From: Macrostomum lignano
Lineage: Eukaryota
Reading direction: 5' to 3'
Assembly: GCA_002269645.1 (NCBI GenBank)
Contig: NIVC01001769.1
Coordinates: 62,001-126,000 of the forward strand
Length of the DNA stretch: 64,000 bases
A program made the position numbers and the translations under genes. Numbering within the stretch: position 1 is the first letter of the stretch; each line of letters begins with the position of its first letter. The notes under the pieces were generated by a model. It worked only from the letters and a program-made list of their open reading frames with translations. It had not been told where the DNA came from and did no database searches. Shown piece by piece: positions 12,199-24,589 of this stretch.

Positions 12199-13069
12199 AT
12201 GGTTGAAACTCGCGTAGGTAATGCTCAGTCGGATGATGCCGGTGTAAATTCAACAAACCATTTTTGGGGAGAGGCCCTTGGTCAGCCCGATGGCTCTACG
12301 CACTTGGGCGAAGCAGCGCTTTGCTCGCAAGATGATTTTGTCAAGGTAGGTCATAAACAGTGTGTCTACCATAAACAGTGAGGTTTTGCATCTCCATTGC
12401 ACGAACGCGCTTTTTGAAGATGACAACTGTCTTTTTGACGCTGATTTTTACGTCATGTTATGTGGTTCAGTCACTACGTCCTTGTTGGCGAATTGCTGCA
12501 TCAAATTGCACACCGAGTAGCAGGATAGAATTCGCTGTCGAGAGAAGCGACGTCATCTGCGTCCCCCGCCCAGGTGATACCGCTGGGAATTTCAGCCGTC
12601 AGGAGCTCGTCCATAACGAGGTTACACAGAAGTGGGGTGAGCACGGCGCCTTCGAAACCGCCTTTTATCCTCGCTCAGGTGCAGTTAGCGGCCCATATAA
12701 GCGTGGAAGTCGAAAACCTGTTGCGGATCATTAAGTCAATCAAGCAAACGATACTGTGCTTCACATTCCTGCTGGAAAAGGAGTTTCTGAAGGAGTTAAA
12801 GAGAGCATTTTCAAAGGCTCCTTCGATGTGGCCTGTTTAGATTTTCGACCCTTAGCAAACTTCTTGATCCGAGTACATTGACTCAGGCCGACTTAAGTAT
12901 CGGTTATGTAGTGACCATGCAGCCATGCAGCAGGTTGGTTCGGGTGCCCATGCAGCCCAAGTACTATACGGTGGTACCAGCAGGCGTTGTGACGCTCTGC
13001 CAATGCGATCCTACTACTGACAGGCGTTATGACGCTCTGAGTACGAATTTGCTCGTTCTGGTGAGGTGA
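12199..13069 (+). other. Coding-like but broken ORF fragments of unknown origin
   Basis: Several consecutive GC-balanced ORFs (60-118 aa) with a GTAGGT donor near 12346. No family recognised and frames do not join cleanly. Confidence 0.25.
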
Positions 13070-13653
13070 CGCTCAGAAGTAGCGTTGCTCCTAGAGATGT
13101 TGTGACATTATATGGTGCTTATACAGTGGGACAACATAATTGAAGTATAGGAAAATATAATGTATAGGGTCCACTTTCCCGGCGTCATGACGCTCAGGCA
13201 ACCCGAGTTATCAGATGCGCGTTTATCCTTTTGGGTGGTTCTCGATTTATTTGAGTCAAAAAACCCGGGCGCAAACCAGACCCTGCCACGCTCGCCAACC
13301 CCCCCCCCCAGCAAGCCCCAAAGTGCATCGCTCCCTGCAAACAGAAGGGCACATGCGCTGCATATTTTTATGTACGGTATAAACTATTGTTTTTTAATTG
13401 TCATCAATTTTTTGAAAAACACTGCCTAATCTCTCATAAAATATTGCAACACAGCTGTAGTATGGAATAAGATTGTATAAGTCAGGCAACTATCCCGATA
13501 TATTTAGCTGGATTAGCTGCCACCGATGAATCTTCATCGGAAGGTTTACGAAATACTTCAACTGTTAATTCAGCAAGGCTTACAATAAAGTATGGCACTT
13601 TTTTATGCATTCAAACTGAGTAAAAGTTTTTATAGCAGCGCTTCCAGACTCGT

Positions 13654-16320
13654 TCAGTACTGTGACGGCGGTGGCGGAGGTGAATGTGGGGGTGGTGGTG
13701 GTGGCGATAAAGACGGCGGTAGTGACGGTGGCGGCGTTGGTAGCGGCGGTGGCGGCGCCGGTGGCTTTAAATGCAGCGGTGGAGGCGACGGTGGAGGTGG
13801 TGGCGGCGCCGGCGGCGTTGAATGCAGCGGTTGAGGCGGTGGTGGTGGTGGTGGTGGTGGCGGAAGGTACTGCTTCTGCTGCTGCATCGGTTGTGATTGA
13901 AATGGAGCCGCAGGCGGTAGGTACTGCTGCTGCATTGACTCTGCTTGATATGATGACGGAGCATAGGAGTAAGGCGTCGAATGCTGCTGAGGGTAACCTC
14001 CGTAAGCTGTAGGCTTTTGATTGGTGCCATACTGTTGATTTGCCTGATGTCAGCGAGTCAGTGTTTGAAAGTTTCATCAGGTTGGGTTCCAGCATAAATT
14101 AAAGACGTATTGTAACCTTTGTTATTATTTTATGTCATATCTCCATATTTTACTCTTTTTCCCGCTTCACTGTCCCTCAGGATTTTCTCCTTCCACCATG
14201 TCTAAAAAAATCTAACAATGTCTGACACTATGTCTGACACATGTCTGACACTATGTCTGACACATGTCTGACACTATGTCTGACACATGTCTGACACTAT
14301 GTCTGACACATGTCTGACACTATGTCTGACACAATGTACAATGTCTAACAAAATTCCTTATTCTTTAGCCTCTATGATGCACCTTGTGTCTAGAAAGCCT
14401 TCTGACGATCGATCGCTCTTTTTGTGGCGTTCGCTTTGCTTCTGCAACAAAGACATGTCTTTGGCCGTAATTAAAACTAGCGCACATAACCCTCGCAAGG
14501 TTTCATGACTGCTTGTCACACTTTGCTTGAGACACTTCTATTCCTTACCCCTAATATCATTGTTTTTCCCCGACGTGAATTTTCTGCCAGGATTCCCGTG
14601 TCAAAAGTTGGTTATGTTGTTTTTGTTGTTTTTAATTTATTAACGTTAATAACTCAACTCACTAACTCGTTAAACTAATGCTTTTGTCTATGGACAATAA
14701 CACGCTAATACGGACAATAGCACACATTCTGCATACGTGTCAATGGGTAGCATAATGCTTGTCAATGACTTTCTAGACATCTAGTGACCAGAAAACAAAG
14801 CTTAGAAAGCCAGTTGGCCGTATCTTTCACCTTTAGTTGCTCTCATTTTAATTTTAAAACCAACGTGAATTAATGGTTTTAATGCTTAACGCAGCAAAAC
14901 AACTTTTGTTAAACAGGATTTTTTAACTTGGGTTTGCCCAAGATTTTTAACTACAAGCCATAGCTTTCAGAGAATACGGGCTAATGAACCTAAATCATTT
15001 TTCGAGACCTCCAAGAGCAAAGGAGTCGGTATATTGGCAGTAGTGAAATCTTTAGCCCACATATCGACCACAGCTTTCGCATAGAACTAAACTAATGTAT
15101 CTTATTGTGGCGCCACTGGGTTGCGTCACTGTTGATGAGCTAACGATCGATGCGTTTCTATTTTGAGTGACTATAAATATGAGTCTCGACAGTAAAACAA
15201 GTCGCAAATCTCAGCTTAACCAATTTGTCCCTGATTTTTTACTACTGTGCGAGACTCATCATTAGAACTATTATAATAAGTAACTGCAAAACATGCTTAC
15301 CGGAAAAGCATTTTTCGGTTTCTTATTTCCACGACAACAGACGATGCAGAAAATCAGCAGACCAATCAGGATAACGCCAGCCGAAACACTGCCGCAGATA
15401 ATGGCTATCATTGTTTTGGATAGGCCCTTGGATTTTTCAGATTTTTTATCGGACTTTTTTTCTTTGCCTGATGCAATAGTAGTGTTCTGAATTCTCTGAT
15501 TTGTTGCAGTGATAGCAATTGAACTTGCGGTGGCTGCCGTTGGGCTTGCGCTGCCTCCTAGTGGTGGGTTCAACGCCGTCTTCTTGACTGTAAACTCGTC
15601 TTTTGAGCAGCACTTCTGATTGCCAGCTGGGCCGCAGCAATAAGACTTGGAACCCGGCCTGGCAACCAAGTCAGCGTACGAGCTCGCCTTGGAGCCATCA
15701 TCGGATTCCGGACAAACAAACATGTTGTAACTTTTCAGTAATGCCAAGCGATCACCGAAGCAAACTGCGACTTGGCCAAAGTTTAAATCTGTCCGATATG
15801 GGCTGTATTTGGAGGTAAGGCCACTGGGGGCGTGTTTGAATAAGTAGAGCAATTTTTGCGGTATGAAGATACTATCGAACTTGAAGTCATTCTCTTTGCC
15901 GCGGATTCCACTGAAACATAATTGTGTGTCACGTTTGATTTATAACAAGTTTTATATGAAGAAATAGGTTTTAAACAATTTTATAATAATTTACCCTTTA
16001 TATCCTCCACCCATTTTTGTGCGCATCCCGAATTTAGACGAAAAAGATGAACCTGTAATCATATAAATAGGCTATAAATTGATTTTGGCATGGAGTGTGC
16101 ACTGCTTAAATAATCAACTTAAAATACTTTAAAGCACAGCTTTAAATTGAATTAAATCGACAAACTGTATTCACAGGTCTCCTTTCTAAATTTTGCTCTA
16201 TTTTTATCAAATCAGAAAAAGTTATTGTCAGATTTACTTACAGTTTTGTACCTCAAAAATAATTCCAATAAACAAAATAATGAATACAGTCGCTAATCTG
16301 CTTGTTGCAGAACTGCTCAT
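13654..16320 (-). CDS. Shisa-like single-pass membrane protein A, 3 exons (16320-16242; about 15770-15301; 14043-13654)
   Basis: Exon 1 gives a hydrophobic leader MSSSATSRLATVFIILFIGIIFE with a GTAAGT donor. Cys domain C..FVCP..YCCG....KCC, TM IAIICGSVSAGVILIGLLIFCIVCC, then a phase-0 splice to a Tyr/Pro-rich tail. The exon 2 acceptor has more than one phase-1 candidate. Confidence 0.75.
14217..14335. repeat. 10/12-bp tandem repeat (ATGTCTGACAC[T]) in the Shisa-like A intron
   Basis: Directly visible, about 10 units. Confidence 0.9.
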
Positions 16321-16554
16321 GTCGTTTAGCTGGGAGCAAGTGGCGTCTTTTAAGCGTGAAAAAATCGTTTTTCAGACTTATTCGACTGCGTATTTAATAG
16401 CTATTCGTAATTCTTCTTTAACAAAAGCAAAACAGGTCTTCTTTAACAGTGGAAACTTTTGTCTATGGAATAATCTTGAAAATGATTAGAAAGGTGGGTT
16501 TTGTGAGAACCGAATCTTATAAACAAAATTATAATTCATGGTTAATCATATTTT

Positions 16555-17098
16555 TTGCTGTAGCCTAGTGGTTAGAGCGTCGGACTCGCGACTGGAAGGT
16601 CTTGGGTTCGATTCTTGACCTACTCAGAACAATTTGTGTCCTTGAGCAAGACACTTAACTTTGCATTATTTCAGTTCACCCAGCTGTAAAATGATGCCAG
16701 CATTAGCTGGGGTAACTGAGGCTGTGTGTGACGGCCCCCAGTCCTTTGACTGAACAGCCATACGCAGCCTTCAGATTACATTACATTACATTAAAACGAC
16801 GCTTGGGTCAGGGGGCGATAGCGCGCACAAGATTGCGAAAAAGAGGGGCAGGGCAGGTCGCAGCAGTCTGGGGGGTCAGTTCAATTGCCTCCAGATCGGC
16901 AACAAGTGTCTCTCCGAGCGTCTGGGTCCGCCCTTGGCCGCGGCGGAACCGTTCGGTCGGCGGGTGCAGAACGGCCAGTCCGAGCGGGCTGTCGTCGCCG
17001 CGGGCGAACCGCCTTCAGATGCGCCACGCAAATAGCTGCGGCTGAGCTTTGGCTGCTTATCTGCCCATTGGGGCAGGTGTAATTAATTAATATTCAAT
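16555..17098 (+). mobile_element. tRNA-derived SINE family 1, split by a LINE insertion
   Basis: A box TAGCCTAGTGG, B box GGTTCGATTC, core GTCCTTGAGCAAGACACTTAAC..CACCCAGCTGTAAAATG. The body resumes at 17011. Confidence 0.85.
16777..17010 (-). mobile_element. 5'-truncated non-LTR retrotransposon 3' end (RTE-like) with (TAATG)n tail and 10-bp TSD
   Basis: GCCTTCAGAT is duplicated at 16767-16776 and 17011-17020. The minus frame reads PLGLAVLHPPTERFRRGQGRTQTLGETLVADL, like the C-terminus of RTE-type ORFs. Confidence 0.75.
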
Positions 17099-17117
17099 TA
17101 TTGTAAATATCGATAGT

Positions 17118-17477
17118 TATTTTTATTAGAGGCAGGGGGTTGTGTGCACCCTGGCGCACTTCAAGCGACATCAACACACAACCGGCGAGAGGCATTACTA
17201 TCCATTCCGCCGACTCCCCTGAGCAGGCACACAAGCGCGCGGATACGTACGCAGGCACACACTCACACAGGAGTGTACAGCGGCCCTAACTTTATATTAT
17301 CGTTAGGCATGTACACTTCACTGCGCCTTGGGGGGTTGGCTCTCAAGGCCGTTAATTGCACGAGCAGAGCCAAGCCGAGATTCCAGTTCAGCCCCAAATT
17401 AATGTGACTGCACTTGGAATCGAGCCTGGGTCGCTGGCACATCAGAGCCTGCGCTAGACCGCTGGGCTACGGCCCCC
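17118..17477 (-). mobile_element. tRNA-headed SINE family 2 (single copy in window)
   Basis: Minus strand starts GGGGCCGTAGCCCAGCGGTCTAGCGC (A box), then GGCTCGATTCC (B box), an unrelated body and an AATAAAAATAA tail. The acceptor stem does not close, so it is not a tRNA gene. Confidence 0.6.
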
Positions 17478-18449
17478 TTTAATATCGATATTACTTGCAG
17501 CATGGTTGTGGTCACCATTGTGCAACGTTGATGTGACGGCGCTGAAGGAATTCTGCCCGTTCCCGCTGACTCCTTTAAGAAGATATTTCTGTGCTTAAAA
17601 GAAGTTTATTAAACGAAAGAAATGATATTCTTTACAGCATATTTCAATGTGTAGCGCATGATGCTTGCGCATGTGAAGATACGGAGAAAATATTACACAA
17701 ATAGCGACATTATTACGGTGTAACTCTGTCCGTAGTGGACTTTTTGTGTTTTAGTACACGCAGAGTAGACAGGGAACGAATGTTGATTTCATGTTACAGG
17801 TATTTTTCTATTGTTACTGTTTGGTTGGCGCCACAAACGCGGCTTGCTGCAATTCACTTCAAAGACCTTGGACGTATTTTTGTTGCAATTTCAAGTGCTT
17901 TCCGATTGCCGAATGCAGAGCGGAAGAATAACTGAAACATGCGTGGCGTCTTTCGTTAGTAAAGCAAGTAAATAATCGAATTAATGAGATTTAAACAGCT
18001 CTCGTCCCTTTCAGAGAGCACCCCTGCATTAAAGGGAGCACTCATGCCATGAAGGGAGTACCCAGGGAGAGCCCCTAAAAGATTTCCGAGGTTGGCTTAT
18101 GTCTTTTTGTAATCGAAATTCAGAAGAATTTAGAAGATAGCAGGCCTTTTTTAATTAAGATCGTTTAAATTAAGACCGTTTTCTAAATTCAAATAGCTTA
18201 AACAGAAAAACGGACTACTTTTTACTTTAGGTCAGAAATTTTTTTTCAAATTTTCGCCTATTGCTCATGCTTTTGGTTTTGAGTTACATGAATTTCATTC
18301 AGCTACATGAATTGTCTTGTCCTTTTAATGGCCACAGCCTTAGTCATAATGCTCTTTCTTATAAAATAATTCGATTTTTTCAACTCTTACCTGTAAATTG
18401 AAAGATCAAGCTTGTGCGCATTGACAAGCTGCTACTGATTCAGCTACCG

Positions 18450-19306
18450 CTATTGAGCAGGAGGTGAGTAAGGCGGCGGCGGCGGAGGCAGTTGCAGCGA
18501 AAGCGGTATCTGAGGCTGCCGCGGAGGCTGCATCGGCGGCGGGGACGGAGACGCCGGACGAGACGGCATGGACGACAGAGTTTTCTGAGACGCCACCGAA
18601 GAGCCGCTTTTCTCGGATCCACCGGTGCGTCTCTGCATGGCGCCAACCGCTGTTCGTTGACGCCATTTCGGCTGCACAATGCACAGACAGACTATAAGGC
18701 AGAGACAGCAGGAGAACAGCAGGGAGCAGACTAAACCGATGGCGAACACGCCAATTCTTTCGATCAAACCAGATTGAGAATTGTCCGACTTCTTTCGATT
18801 TTTGCTTTTGTAGAACTCTTCGAAGCTGCAGCAGTACTGAGCTGGCCGTCTGCCGCAACAGAACGAGTCTCCGTAGCTTGAAGACTGCTTGCAGACAACG
18901 TAATGCAAGCTGCCGTCTGACCGAGTGACCTCACAGACTGCGGGGTTCGAATCGTCACTTTGAATTCTATTCGAGTTACGTGGAGGGTGGCGAGCATTAT
19001 AAGCTACTATGTTGTTAGAGCCGTTCCCATCGGGCATGAGCACCAACTGAGAAGGACCAACCGGTTGAAGGAGGTTGCGCTGACCTCTAAATAGTACGGC
19101 AGCATCTGTGGAAGCTGAACAAATAACAAGGCTTTATTATTTGTAGTTAACAAATCTGTAGTTAACAACAGAAAACACATTTATGAATATCATAAATAAT
19201 GCTTACAGCGACTTGTTAGGATAAAGTAGGAGAAGCCGAACGCAAAAGTGGAACAGGTGAACCATTTTGACGGAGTATTTACCAGCAGAAGTAGCAGCGT
19301 TTTCAT
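18450..19306 (-). CDS. Shisa-like single-pass membrane protein B, 2 exons (19306-19207, 19114-18450)
   Basis: Leader MKTLLLLLV, phase-1 GT-AG intron of 92 nt, Cys domain C..VVC..FCCG....YCC, Cys-rich TM and a cytoplasmic PPPPPPYSPP (PPxY) motif. Confidence 0.78.
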
Positions 19307-20179
19307 GATGTCAGTTGCTTCAATGCTGAGCAGACCTCGTTACATATGAACGAAGTCAGCACAGCATGCTTATATTTTAACAAGACATGTGCATGTTGAT
19401 TTTGCAGTGCCATATGTTATGGTTGCGTCTAAATTGAGTATTAGCCATAGATTTCTTTGGTTCAAAGATATTTTTAATATATAGGAAGGATAAGATTAAT
19501 TTGATTTAATTTGTTTCAATTGATTGAATAATTTAATCTGTCCACGCTTGCTCAGTTTCACCTCTATCTTTTCTTGATTTTCGTCACCAATGTTTTTACT
19601 TGTTTTTATTCCCCTGATGAGGACGCACTTTTTTCCAAATCCCGCGCTAGCACATGGGCTCTAAACCTACTAGCCTACTAACAGTGGGCAATGGGCATTT
19701 TTATCCTGTTTCTGCGAATTGTCATAGAATCTATACTAGATATAATGTTTGGTCATACTAGTAGTCATAATAACATGGGCGCAGCTTTTTGGGTCATAAA
19801 TAATCGCTTTCGAAGCTGGTCTGACAGCCACCTGCGCCTCACTCAGTGTTGAGGCGGGCGCCAGATGGTCTGAGAGGATGCGGGCGGTAGCTTTTTTCTC
19901 ATCATTTTGACAGGCCATCAAGATTTATGAGGTCAGAGCCTATTGTTCGTGTTCACTCAAGCGTGTGACAGTTTTGACAGCTATGCGTTTTACCCCTAAA
20001 AGTACTTTGGGATTAGCGATTAGCAATTTCTCTTCATTATCTTCACTTTCTATTTAATAAGAGCTTTCTAATGTATATTTTTTCATTCATTTTTGTCGAT
20101 TCTACGCAAAATGTCATAAATCATTTTGTTGCGATTTTGACTGATTTATGGCCGCACCTGTCATCTTTTTACGACCCTG

Positions 20180-20834
20180 TGGGAACTGATAGGATCTCCC
20201 GTCACGTGATTTTGGGTAGCAACTAGCTCATCCAATCAGAAAATTCGACGCTCATTTTAACAAATCGGCTCAGCCAATCAGAATCGACGTGTTCCATTAT
20301 AACAAACTGCGGTCCAGTTGGCGGCTATTTAAACCGGTGTTTTTGGCCCGCTTAGACGGCAATCTTCTTGCGACCGGGTGCCACCCTTGGCTCCACCGGC
20401 CAGGAATTGACCGTCGTTTCTTGATCATCCCGGATCGCGACTTCCCTCATCATCATCAAGGACGAATCCCCCCGGTCATCAGCAGTGAACATCAAAGTGA
20501 AGAGCATCACCTGCTAGCTATCAGCAAAGATTGTGACATCAGCATCATCCCGGGACTACAGCTGCGAAGCACTAAGCCGATTCGGTCACTGTGGATTACC
20601 TGGTCTCCGGCTGTTGAGTTTCTGATTGGTTGGGTGAGAAGCTGCCTAGACTTGCTTGATTGGGTGATTCCTTATCTGTCCCATGTTACAGTAGCTGGAT
20701 TAGGCGCACACTTTTGCTCATTTTGTTCAGCAGTGCTGTTATCGAGGCAGAAATCACTTAATAATACTATTAGTAGTCTAAAACTCCAATTCAATCTGAA
20801 GTGTGAAGTGATCTAAGGAGAAGGTTAAATCTAA
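20180..20834 (+). mobile_element. LTR-like promoter module (possible solo LTR or retroelement 5' end)
   Basis: CACGTG, two CCAATCAG boxes, TATTTAAA, then GC-rich non-coding sequence ending in ..TCTAACA. No matching TSD or PBS found. Confidence 0.3.
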
Positions 20835-22483
20835 CAGTTATTTTTATCGGTTTTATTTCTTTGTTCGCCGATGGCTCAGATGAGTAGCTAAGCTAGTAGG
20901 CGCCGGTCACAGTGGACCAATGGCAAGGCAGTTCTAAGTCGATCAATCTATCAAATCAGTTAGCGAAATTGCCAATAGTGCAGAATCGGCTCAAGAGACG
21001 TACTCTGTGCACTCTAGGTTAGCCAAGCGGCTCGGGTGATGAATCATGCGGTCTCTGATGTTCGAGTTAGTCTATCATCAGCGCTATGAGAGGCTAGTTT
21101 GCGCGTTGAAGGCCAAAAGTACACATTTTCGTATTTAGCAATGTAATAGTACATGTAGCTACCCATAGACTCGCCACTGCAAGAATCCCCTGCACAAGTC
21201 ACCTCTGTACCTGCATGGCCAATGCGATCTAGTCCCAGCAGTGTCCCTTATCACCGGCTATGACTTCGAGATTGACAGCAAAAAGACACTAGTTGGCAGG
21301 TAAGTGCAAAGCCCCTTCTAGTCGGAAGCCCGATTTCGAGAGTACCGGTTTGGTGAGTCAGAACGCACGGGCTGGTGGCAGCGGGTTAGTTAATCTACGG
21401 ATTAGCTAATTTCTACCTTCAAAATTCTCCCTGCTTGTCTCTCGCTGTCCCTCTCTTAGCTATAGGACCTAGACTGCTCGCCACACGATCAAGCTACCAT
21501 GGAGCTGACCATCTGACAGGAGTGGGGGGCCAGGACTCTAATTGATTTATTTCTGAGACCTGAGGCCCGAAGGCTTCCCCACAAGGGGGCCGAAAGGTCG
21601 AAACCCATCACCCCGATGCGCTGGATTCTTATCAAATGAGATGAATTTTCGAGAAACTTTGAGAAAATAAAGGAAAAAGAGGAAAAATTAGATTAGGCTT
21701 GCTTTGAACAAAGAGGAGTCACGCTGATTTTATTGGATCAAATTCACCTAGTTCAGAACTTTTTGATTTCCCTGACCAATCTGACCCTAAAATATATACA
21801 CTTTCACGATTGCAATAGATTCTTTATAGGCAAGTTGGAATAACAAGTGACTACCTTATAAATAAAATTGCTTCGTATATTACTATCGATATTCAAAACT
21901 ATTTGAATAAAAAACGATAGGCTACTGCAAAGTCAGTGAGACTTATGTCAGGCAAATTTTGAGTCGTCTTCACTCTCGATTAGCTTCGCCTTCAGTCCAG
22001 CAGATATTCAAACATGGAAAACGCCCAATAAAACTCGTTTCTCAGTGAGGAATTGACAATCGATCACTTAGGTTCTGGGATTCCAAAATTTCTCGTCCGT
22101 TCCCTATTTAGATATTCGACGCATTACTGCTCACTAGGAAATATTTCCAACACCATTACCCCGCAAAAAATGTGCTAAGCGGTAGCTCAGACACTCTCAA
22201 GCGTTACTTTCTTGGGTTATTGCAGTCCTCGAAAATTTTTGTCAAACAGCTGCTAAGGCGGACCAAAAATATTGTCGGACAGAAACCGATTCAAACGCTT
22301 CGCACCTGTTCAGAAAAGCTTTGAGCCGAAGGGCGGTTTCGACAACTTCAGGCGATTTGGAGGAGGTGGGGATCCTCTAAGAGCCTTATCAATCGGTTAT
22401 ATATAACCCTAATCCTGCAGCGGCCCTCATCGCCTCGGTCAGAACTCAGTCAATAACTCTAACTAGCTTAACTTGCGGCCAAA

Positions 22484-23856
22484 ATGCAGTCCTGGACTCT
22501 GATCACCGGCCTTCTGCTGGCTCTCGCCTGCTGCACATCTGCGGATATCAACGGACAGTCGGGTTACATGGATGTCGGCAGCTTCGCTCGAGTCGGCACC
22601 ACCAAATTCAAAGGATCGAAGTTGGACGTCTTTGAAATCGATGGCGTTCGCGTTGCCGAGCCGAGAGTTGCTTTCCAGTCCTCATGCAGTGCTCTGAAAT
22701 TCAGCCGGGTTTACATGAAGTACCAGCTGACTCTGTCAGTTCGCATCGATGCAAACACGCTCCGATCGCGCAAGGGCTCGTCGAAGAAAGTCGGCCGCGT
22801 GTCAATCATCGGGCTGAATGTGAAGGCGGATCAAGGCTTGTCAAGCCGACAGTCCGGGCTTTCCGTGATGGCGAGGGTAAAAAACTCGGGCAGGAGGGCC
22901 GACCTCATCTTCCTGTGCAGCTCGTTCCGCAGGTGCCGGTACCTCAGAGACGAGCTCGTGAGCAACCCATCAGACATCGGTCGGGCACTGCAGTTCGAAG
23001 CGTTCGGCAGAGTCGGCAGCAGTCCGGTGAGGTTCGGCGGCAGGAGCAGCGCCAACCTGCCGAGGCTGAGGTGCAACCGGCACCGCTGGATCGTGTTCCA
23101 GAGGCGGGTCGACGGCAGCCTCTCGTTCGCTCAGAACTGGGACTCCTATGTGAAGGGATTCGGAAATCCCAGCTCCAACTACTGGATGGGTGAGTTGAGC
23201 AGAAGCGGAGCTAAAAAACTTCAGATACCTGGTCAAAGTAACTTCCAGTTGGTCAAAGTAACTTCCAGTTAGTCAAAGTAACTTCCAATTGGTCAAAGTA
23301 ACTTCCAGTCCTTTCAGACAAATTGCGAACCGGCTTTCTACAGTGACGAAGTAATTGCGTAAATACGTAAATGGGGTGGTTAACTATTCTGTATTTCCAA
23401 CCCACAGGCTTGGACCGTCTGTCGGAGATGACGAAAACTGGTGAAAAGAACGGCTACGCCTTGACTTCGCGGTGCCGGTTGAGAATCGAGGCTCAGAGCT
23501 TAAAAGGCAAGAAGTACAAAGCCGAGTTCAGAATGTTCCAAGTGCTCGGTCCTGAGCAGCAGTACCGCCTTCGCGTCGGACAGCAGGTTGGCCGGTCAGC
23601 ACTGGGCAACGGGTTTCTCTACCACAAAGAAAAGAGGTTCAGCACATTCGACAGAGATCACGACAGCTACAGGCATTCGTGCTCTCGAAGGTTTGGCTAC
23701 GGTGGTTGGTGGTACGGCTCGTGCCACCATGTAAACCTGAACGGAGCCTACACCACCGACAGAAAGATCACTCACAATCCAACGTACAACAGCTTCGCTG
23801 TGAACGGGAAATACGTTCCAATGCGGCGCACTCTGATGAAGTTCAAGTGCTATTGA
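22484..23856 (+). CDS. Secreted fibrinogen-related domain (FReD) protein, 2 exons (22484-23189, 23408-23856), 384 aa
   Basis: Signal peptide MQSWTLITGLLLALACCTSA. FReD motifs WIVFQRRVDGS..F...W..Y..GFG.....YWMG|LD, FSTFDRDHD, GGWWY..CH..NLNG.Y. The phase-1 intron sits at the usual W(L/M)G position. Confidence 0.92.
23231..23310. repeat. 20-bp tandem repeat x4 in the FReD intron
   Basis: GGTCAAAGTAACTTCCAGTT units. Confidence 0.9.
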
Positions 23857-24589
23857 GCTTACCGCGCTCGTATTGTTCAGCAGACAGTTCTGACTCATGA
23901 CTGCTTAACTTATCCCAGACTTTTGGTGCATGGTGCTTTTCTAAATGTGGGTTGGAAAGTTAATACAATAAATATATACGATTATTAGCTTCCTCGCGTG
24001 ATATCAGTTTGAAAGTTTTAATTATTTTGGCATAGCAAACACGCAAAATAAAAGACATGATCCTTTTCTATTTATTTATTGCTAATTCATAGTAAGGTAA
24101 AAAAGGGTTGTAAAGAGTTCACTAAAGCACATCTTGTTTTAGGCATGTCAGCTTTGGTGATCGTTGATTGCGAACCAGTGTTTTAAAGAGCTGACATATA
24201 TCTGCACCAGGTAAAAAAATCGATAAGTTCAATAGCTGAGGTTTTTTGAATTTTGTTTTAACTGCGAGATAGTTGTTAGGGGCCAAGACCTTAGTTGATT
24301 TTACCGATTTTACCTTAGTTCACCGAGATTATAGTAGAGCTTTTAAATCATGAAGTCTCAGCTCTCAGGTAAGAATCAGAGTGACCATCAAAGTGAGCAT
24401 CTACTGAATTGATTTAAACACATTGCGAGTAGCCCTCGGACAGAACTGCCTGCGGTTGACTTTATTCCTGAGGTTAGAACCTGTAGAATAGCTTGAGCTT
24501 GAGCTGGGAGTAGGTCGAGCTTTGACATGTCTAAGTTAAATATTTTAGTGCTCTGCTTATTTAAGACGCGACCTGAATTAAACCTTGTA

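Noticed and set aside
13580-14095. 171-aa Thr/Ala-rich minus ORF and Gly-rich plus ORFs
   Set aside because: Alternative frames of the Pro-rich last exon of Shisa-like A. Only the Pro-rich frame fits the phase-0 splice.
16555-16630. tRNA genes at the SINE heads (also 24590, 37872, 59156, 17405)
   Set aside because: A and B boxes are present, but acceptor stems do not close and each head runs into a shared SINE body.
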